A program made the translations under genes and the position numbers. Under the pieces are notes generated by a model. It ran no database searches and was not told the DNA's origin. It saw nothing but the letters and a program-made list of their open reading frames with translations. Positions 56,370 to 64,000 of a DNA stretch of 64,000 nucleotides are shown in pieces. The stretch lies in assembly GCF_964204645.1 (NCBI RefSeq), contig NW_027437435.1:62001-126000 (forward strand), read 5' to 3'. The DNA is from Tubulanus polymorphus (Eukaryota; Animalia; Nemertea). Every line of letters starts with the position of its first letter. The first letter of the stretch is position 1.

Positions 56370-56717
56370 TTTAATACTATATTTTTTATTAAAATTGATT
56401 TTAGAAGTTCAATGATTTAAATGTTATTCATATATATGAATATTTTAAGAGTAATAGGGATAATAGGCTTTCAAGCTAAAGGTTGAACGGGCGGGTGAGT
56501 AAAAAATGAAAAACATAAAAATAATTACAATTTCTACTTGAATTAGGAGTGAAACTCATAAAAATGAAAAATTAATTCGAGCGTGTGAGAATTAATTTTT
56601 CATTTTTATGAGTTTCGCGAGTAATTCAAGTAGAAATTGTAATTATTTTTATGTTTTTCATTTTTTACGAGCTCGACCGTTCGACCTTTGGCTTGAAAGC
56701 CTATTATCCCTATTACT
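56256..56717 (-). repeat. Right TIR (462 bp, complete); outer 268 bp is an imperfect palindrome
   Basis: Inverted match to 38328-38695. Ends CCCTATTACT, then the satellite resumes at AATATTCCCCC. Confidence 0.92.
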
Positions 56718-59700
56718 AATATTCCCCCTATCGAAAAACGACAATGTCGATGCGTAAAAGCGCTCAAATCGTCAGGAAAAGCACTTTTCGACGCGAAAAC
56801 GTCGCTCAGCGCGAGAAAAGACGTTTTCTTTTCGAATATTCCCCCTATCGGAAAAACGACAATGTCGATGCGTAAAAGCGCTCAAATCGTCAGGAAAAGC
56901 ACTTTTCGACGCGAAAACGTCGTTCAGCGCGAGAAAAGACGTTTTCGTATCGAATATTCTCACTATCGGTAAAACGACAATGTTGATGCGTAAAAGCGCT
57001 CAAATCGTCAGGAAAAGCACTTTTCGACGCGAAAACGTCGCTCAGCGCGAGAAAAGACGTTTTCTTTTCGAATATTCCCCCTATCGGAAAAACGACAATG
57101 CCGATGCGTAAAAGCGCTCAAATCGTCAGGAAAAGCACTTTTCGACGCGAAAACGTCGCTCAGCGCGAGAAAAGACGTTTTCTTATCGAATATTCCCCCT
57201 ATCGGAAAAACGACAATGTCGATGCGTAAAAGCGCTCAAATCGTCAGGAAAAGCACTTTTCGACGCGAAAACGTCGCTCAGCGCGAGAAAAGACGATTTC
57301 TTTTCGAATATTCCCCCTATCGGAAAAACGACAATGCCGATGCGTAAAAGCGCTCAAATCGTCAGGAAAAGCACTTTTCGACGCGAAAACGTCGCTCAGC
57401 GCGAGAAAAGACGTTTTCTTTTCGAATATTCCCGCTATCGGAAAAACGACAATGCCGATGCGTAAAAGCGCTCAAATCGTCAGGAAAAGCACTTTTCGAC
57501 GCGAAAACGTCGCTCAGCGCGAGAAAAGACGTTTTCTTTTCGAATATTCCCCCTATCGGAAAAACGACAATGCCGATGCGTAAAAGCGCTCAAATCGTCA
57601 GGAAAAGCACTTTTCGACGCGAAAACGTCGCTCAGCGCGAGAAAAGACGTTTTCTTTTCGAATATTCCCCCTATCGGAAAAACGACAATGTCGATGCGTA
57701 AAAGCGCTCAAATCGTCAGGAAAAGCACTTTTCGACGCGAAAACGTCGTTCAGCGCGAGAAAAGACGTTTTCGTATCGAATATTTCCCCTATCGGAAAAA
57801 CGACAATGCCGATGCGTAAAAGCGCTCAAATCGTCAGGAAAAGCACTTTTCGACGCGAAAACGTCGTTCGGCGCGAGAAAAGACGTTTTCGTATTGAATA
57901 TTCTCCCTATCGGAAAAACGACAATGTCGATGCGTAAAACCGCTCAAATCGTCAGGAAAAGCACTTTTCGACGCGAAAACGTAGTTCCGCGCGAGAAAAG
58001 ACGTTTTCTTATCGAATATTCCCCCTATCGGTAAAACGACAATGTCGATGCGTAGAAGCGCTCAAATCGTCAGGAAAAGCACTTTTCGACCCGAAAACGT
58101 CGTTCAGCGCGAGAAAAGACGTTTTCTTTTCGAATATTCCCCCTATCGGAAAAACGACAATGCCGATGCGTAAAAGCGCTCAAATCGTCAGGAAAAGCAC
58201 TTTTCGACGCGAAAACGTCGTTTAGCGCGAGAAAAGACGTTTTCGTGTCGAATATTCTCCCTATCGGTAAAACGACAATGTCGATGCGTAAAAGCGCACA
58301 AATCGTCAGGAAAAGCACATTTCGACGCGAAAACGTCGCTCAGCGCGAGAAAAGACGTTTTCGTATCGAATATTCCCCCTATCGGAAAAACGACAATGTC
58401 GATGCGTAAAAGCGCTCAAATCGTCAGGAAAAGCACTTTTCGACGCGAAAACGTCGTTCGGCGCGAGAAAAGACGTTTTCGTATTGAATATTCTCCCTAT
58501 CGGAAAAACGACAATGTCGATGCGTAAAACCGCTCAAATCGTCAGGAAAAGCACTTTTCGACGCGAAAACGTAGTTCCGCGCGAGAAAAGACGTTTTCTT
58601 ATCGAATATTCCCCCTATCGGTAAAACGACAATGTCGATGCGTAGAAGCGCTCAAATCGTCAGGAAAAGCACTTTTCGACCCGAAAACGTCGTTCAGCGC
58701 GAGAAAAGACGTTTTCTTTTCGAATATTCCCCCTATCGGAAAAACGACAATGCCGATGCGTAAAAGCGCTCAAATCGTCAGGAAAAGCACTTTTCGACGC
58801 GAAAACGTCGTTTAGCGCGAGAAAAGACGTTTTCGTGTCGAATATTCTCCCTATCGGTAAAACGACAATGTCGATGCGTAAAAGCGCACAAATCGTCAGG
58901 AAAAGCACATTTCGACGCGAAAACGTCGCTCAGCGCGAGAAAAGACGTTTTCGTATCGAATATTCCCCCTATCGGAAAAACGACAATGTCGATGCGTAAA
59001 AGCGCTCAAATCGTCAGGAAAAGCACTTTTCGACCCGAAAACGTCGTTCAGCGCGAGAAAAGTCGTTTTCGTATCGAATATTCTCACTATCGGTAAAACG
59101 ACAATGTCGAAGCGTAAAAGCGCTCAAATCGTCAGGAAAAGCACTTTTCGACGCGAAAACGTCGTTCAGCGCGAGAAAAGACGTTTTCGTGTCGAATATT
59201 CTCCCTATCGGTAAAACGACAATGTCGATGCGTAAAAGCGCTCAAATCGTCAGGAAAAGCACTTTTCGACGCGAAAACGTAATTCAGCGCGAGAAAAGAC
59301 GTTTTCTTATCAAATATTCCCCCTATCGGAAAAACGACAATGTCGATGCGTAAAAGCGCTCAAATCGTCAGGAAAAGCACTTTTCGACGCGAAAACGTCG
59401 TTCAGCGCGAGAAAAGACGTTTTCGTATCGAATATTCTCACTATCGGTAAAACGACAATGTCGATGCGTAAAAGCGCTCAAATCGTCAGGAAAAGCACTT
59501 TTCGACGCGAAAACGTCGCTCAGCGCGAGAAAAGTCGTTTTCTTTTCGAATATTCCCCCTATCGGAAAAACGACAATGCCGATGCGTAAAAGCGCTCAAA
59601 TCGTCAGGAAAAGCACTTTTCGACGCGAAAACGTCGCTCAGCGCGAGAAAAGACGTTTTCTTTTCGAATATTCCCCCTATCGGAAAAACGACAATGCCGA

Positions 59701-62700
59701 TGCGTAAAAGCGCTCAAATCGTCAGGAAAAGCACTTTTCGACGCGAAAACGTCGTTTAGCGCGAGAAAAGACGTTTTCGTGTCGAATATTCTCCCTATCG
59801 GTAAAACGACAATGTCGATGCGTAAAAGCGCTCAAATCGTCAGGAAAAGCACTTTTCGACGCGAAAACGTCGCTCTGCGCGAGAAAAGACGTTTTCGTAT
59901 CGAATATTCCCCCTATCGGAAAAACGACAATGCCGATGCGTAAAAGCGCTCAAATCGTCAGGAAAAGCACTTTTCGACGCGAAAACGTCGCTCAGCGCGA
60001 GAAAAGACGTTTTCTTTTCGAATATTCCCCCTATCGGAAAAACGACAATGCCGATGCGTAAAAGCGCTCAAATCGTCAGGAAAAGCACTTTTCGACGCGA
60101 AAACGTCGCTCAGCGCGAGAAAAGACGTTTTCTTTTCGAATATTCCCCCTATCGGAAAAACGACAATGCCGATGCGTAAAAGCGCTCAAATCGTCAGGAA
60201 AAGCACTTTTCGACGCGAAAACGTCGCTCAGCGCGAGAAAAGACGTTTTCGTGTCGAATATTCTCCCTATCGGTAAAACGACAATGTCGATGCGTAAAAG
60301 CGCTCAAATCGTCAGGAAAAGCACTTTTCGACGCGAAAACGTCGTTCGGCGCGAGAAAAGACGTTTTCGTATTGAATATTCTCCCTATCGGAAAAACGAC
60401 AATGTCGATGCGTAAAAGCGCTCAAATCGTCAGGAAAAGCACTTTTCGACGCGAAAACGTAGTTCAGCGCGAGAAAAGACGTTTTCTTATCGAATATTCC
60501 CCCTATCGGTAAAACGACAATGTCGATGCGTAGAAGCGCTCAAATCGTCAGGAAAAGCACTTTTCGACCCGAAAACGTCGTTCAGCGCGAGAAAAGACGT
60601 TTTCTTATCGTATATTCCCCCTATCGGAAAAACGACAATGCCGATGCGTAAAAGCGCTCAAATCGTCAGGAAAAGCACTTTTCGACGCGAAAACGTCGTT
60701 CAGCGCGAGAAAAGACATTTTCTTTTCGAATATTCCCCCTATCGGAAAAACGACAAAGTCGATGCGTAAAAGCGCTCAAATCGTCAGGAAAAGCGCTTTT
60801 CGACGCGAAAACGTAGTTCAGCGCGAGAAAAGACGTTTTCTTATCAAATATTCCCCCTATCGGAAAAACGACAATGTCGATGCGTAAAAGCGCTCAAATC
60901 GTCAGGAAAAGCACTTTTCGACGCGAAAACGTCGTTCAGCGCGAGAAAAGACGTTTTCGTATCGAATATTCTCACTATCGGAAAAACGACAATGTCGATG
61001 CGTAAAAGCGCTCAAATCGTCAGGAAAAGCACTTTTCGACGCGAAAACGTCGCTCAGCGCGAGAAAAGACGTTTTCTTTTCGAATATTCCCGCTATCGGA
61101 AAAACGACAATGCCGATGCGTAAAAGCGCTCAAATCGTCAGGAAAAGCACTTTTCGACGCAAAAACGTCGCTCAGCGCGAGAAAAGACGTTTTCTTTTCG
61201 AATATTCCCCCTATCGGAAAAACGACAATGCCGATGCGTAAAAGCGCTCAAATCGTCAGGAAAAGCACTTTTCGACGCGAAAACGTCGCTCAGCGCGAGA
61301 AAAAACGTTTTCTTTTCGAATATTCCCCCTATCGGAAAAACGACAATGCCGATGCGTAAAAGCGCTCAAATCGTCAGGAAAAGCACTTTTCGACGCGAAA
61401 ACGTCGCTCAGCGCGAGAAAAGACGTTTTCTTTTCGAATATTCCCCCTATCGGAAAAACGACAATGCCGATGCGTAAAAGCGCTCAAATCGTCAGGAAAA
61501 GCACTTTTCGACGCGAAAACGTCGTTCGGCGCGAGAAAAGACGTTTTTGTATCGAATATTCCCCCTATCGGAAAAACGACAATGCCGATGCGTAAAAGCG
61601 CTCAAATCGTCAGGAAAAGCACTTTTCGACGCGAAAACGTCGTTCGGCGCGAGAAAAGACGTTTTCGTATCGAATATTCTCACTATCGGTAAAACGACAA
61701 TGTCGATGCGTAAAAAGCGCTCAAATCGTCAGGAAAAGCACTTTTCGACGCGAAAACGTAGTTCAGCGCGAGAAAAGACGTTTTCTTATCGAATATTCCC
61801 CCTATCGGAAAAACGACAATGTCGATGCGTAAAAGCGCTCAAATCGTCAGGAAAAGCACTTTTCGACGCGAAAACGTCGTTCGGCGCGTGAAAAGACGTT
61901 TTCGTATCGAATATTCTCCCTATCGGAAAAACGACAATGTCGATGCGTAAAAGTGCTCAAATCGTCAGGAAAAGCCCTTTTCGACGCGAAAACGTCGTTC
62001 GGCGCGAGAAAAGACGTTTTCGTATCGAATATTCTCCCTATCGGAAAAACGACAATGTCGATGCGTAAAAGCGCTCAAATCGTCAGGAAAAGCACTTTTC
62101 GACGCGAAAACGTCGTTCGGCGCGAGAAAAGACGTTTTCGTATCGAATATTCCCCCTATCGGAAAAACGACAATGCCGATGCGTAAAAGCGCTCAAATCG
62201 TCAGGAAAAGCACTTTTCGACGCGAAAACGTCGTTCGGCGCGAGAAAAGACGTTTTCGTATCGAATATTCCCCCTATCGGAAAAACGAATATGCCGATGC
62301 GTAAAAGCGCTCAAATCGTCTGGAAAAGCACTTTTCGACGCGAAAACGTCGTTCAGCGCGAGAAAAGACGTTTTCGTATCGAATATTCCCCCTATCGGAA
62401 AAACGACAATGTCGATGCGTAAAAGCGCTCAAATCGTCAGGTAAAGCACTTTTCGACGCGAAAACGTCGCTCAGCGCGAGAAAAGACGTTTTCTTTTCGA
62501 ATATTCCCCCTATCGGAAAAACGACAATGTCGATGCGTAAAAGCGCTCAAATCGTCAGGAAAAGCACTTTTCGACGCGAAAACGTCGTTCGGCGCGAGAA
62601 AAGACGTTTTCGTATCGAATATTCCCCCTATCGGAAAAACGACAATGCCGATGCGTAAAAGCGCTCAAATCGTCAGGAAAAGCACTTTTCGACGCGAAAA

Positions 62701-64000
62701 CGTCGTTCAGCGCGAGAAAAGACGTTTTCTTTTCGAATATTCCCCCTATCGGAAAAACGACAATGCCGATGCGTAAAAGCGCTCAAATCGTCAGGAAAAG
62801 CACTTTTCGACGCGAAAACGTCGCTCAGCGCGAGAAAAGACGTTTTCGTGTCGAATATTCTCCCTATCGGTAAAACGACAATGTCGATGCGTAAAAGCGC
62901 TCATATCGTCAGGAAAAGCACTTTTCGACGCGAAAACGTCGTTCGGCGCGAGAAAAGACGTTTTCGTATCGAATATTCCCCCTATCGGAAAAACGACAAT
63001 GCCGATGCGTAAAAGCGCTCAAATCGTCAGGAAAAGCACTTTTCGACCCGAAAACGTCGTTCGGCGCGAGAAAAGACGTTTTCGTATCGAATATTCCCCC
63101 TATCGGAAAAACGACAATGCCGATGCGTAAAAGCGCTCAAATCGTCTGGAAAAGCACTTTTCGACGCGAAAACGTCGTTCGGCGCGAGAAAAGACGTTTT
63201 CGTATCGAATATTCCCCCTATCGGAAAAACGACAATGTCGATGCGTAAAAGCGCTCAAATCGTCAGGAAAAGCACTTTTCGACGCGAAAACGTCGTTCAG
63301 CGCGAGAAAAGACGTTTTCGTATCGAATATTCTCACTATCGGTAAAACGACAATGTCGATGCGTAAAAGCGCTCAAATCGTCAGGAAAAGCACTTTTCGA
63401 CGCGAAAACGTCGTTTAGCGCGAGAAAAGACGTTTTCGTGTCGAATATTCTCCCTATCGGTAAAACGACAATGTCGATGCGTAAAAGCGCTCAAATCGTC
63501 AGGAAAAGCACTTTTCGACGCGAAAACGTCGTTCAGCGCGAGAAAAGACCTTTTCGTATCGAATATTCCCCCTATCGGAAAAACGACAATGTCGATGCGT
63601 AAAAGCGCTCAAATCGTCAGGAAAAGCACTTTTCGACGCGAAAACGTCGTTCAGCGCGAGAAAAGACCTTTTCGTATCGAATATTCCCCCTATCGGAAAA
63701 ACGACAATGTCGATGCGTAAAAGCGCTCAAATCGTCAAGAAAAGCACTTTTCGACGCGAAAACGTCGTTCGGCGCGAGAAAAGACGTTTTCGTATCGAAT
63801 ATTCCCCCTATCGGAAAAACGACAATGTCGATGCGTAAAAGCGCTCAAATCGTCAGGAAAAGCACTTTTCGACCCGAAAACGTCGTTCAGCGCGAGAAAA
63901 GTCGTTTTCGTATTGAATATTCTCACTATCGGTAAAACGACAATGTCGATGCGTAAAAGCGCTCAAATCGTCAGGAAAAGCACTTTTCGACGCGAAAACG
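56718..64000. repeat. 118-bp satellite array, right block (~62 monomers, continues off the window edge)
   Basis: Same monomer and orientation; enriched in the TTTTCTTTTCGAAT variant and in private mutations. Confidence 0.99.

Larger units (their letters stand above)
38328..56717. mobile_element. Maverick/Polinton endogenous DNA virus (~18.4 kb), left end truncated, several genes disrupted
   Basis: TIRs, protein-primed PolB, retroviral-like integrase, A32-like packaging ATPase and major/minor capsid-like genes. Right terminus ...TATTACT fits the AG...CT rule. Two convergent gene blocks, very AT-rich. Confidence 0.96.

Noticed and set aside
56624-56717. Read at first as a fragment of a second Maverick in tandem
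   Set aside because: It is exactly symmetric about the hairpin loop and ends in the canonical CT terminus, so it is the outer arm of the same TIR.

Overview
Eukaryotic, probably invertebrate animal, satellite DNA. A CpG-rich 118-bp tandem repeat fills 1-20890, 31522-38327 and 56718-64000 and shows local higher-order repeats, as expected of a centromeric or pericentromeric array. Two large mobile elements interrupt it. (1) 20891-31521 is a young, intact env-bearing Ty3/Gypsy element. It has near-identical ~1.12-kb LTRs with non-canonical TTTA...TAAA ends, an AAAA target duplication, a polyQ gag, an in-frame UAG plus hairpin before pol (PR-RT-RH-IN-chromodomain), and an F-type env behind a strong splice acceptor. 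Each LTR holds two exact copies of its 74-bp R region, arranged so that an intron could be spliced from the 5' leader yet be rebuilt at every reverse transcription; this is the top finding. (2) 38328-56717 is an AT-rich Maverick/Polinton with pPolB, penton, major capsid, packaging ATPase, integrase-chromodomain, an HNH nuclease and several membrane proteins. Several genes are disrupted, the left end is truncated, and the intact right TIR ends in a 268-bp imperfect palindrome. The short ORFs in the satellite are artefacts of the repeat.
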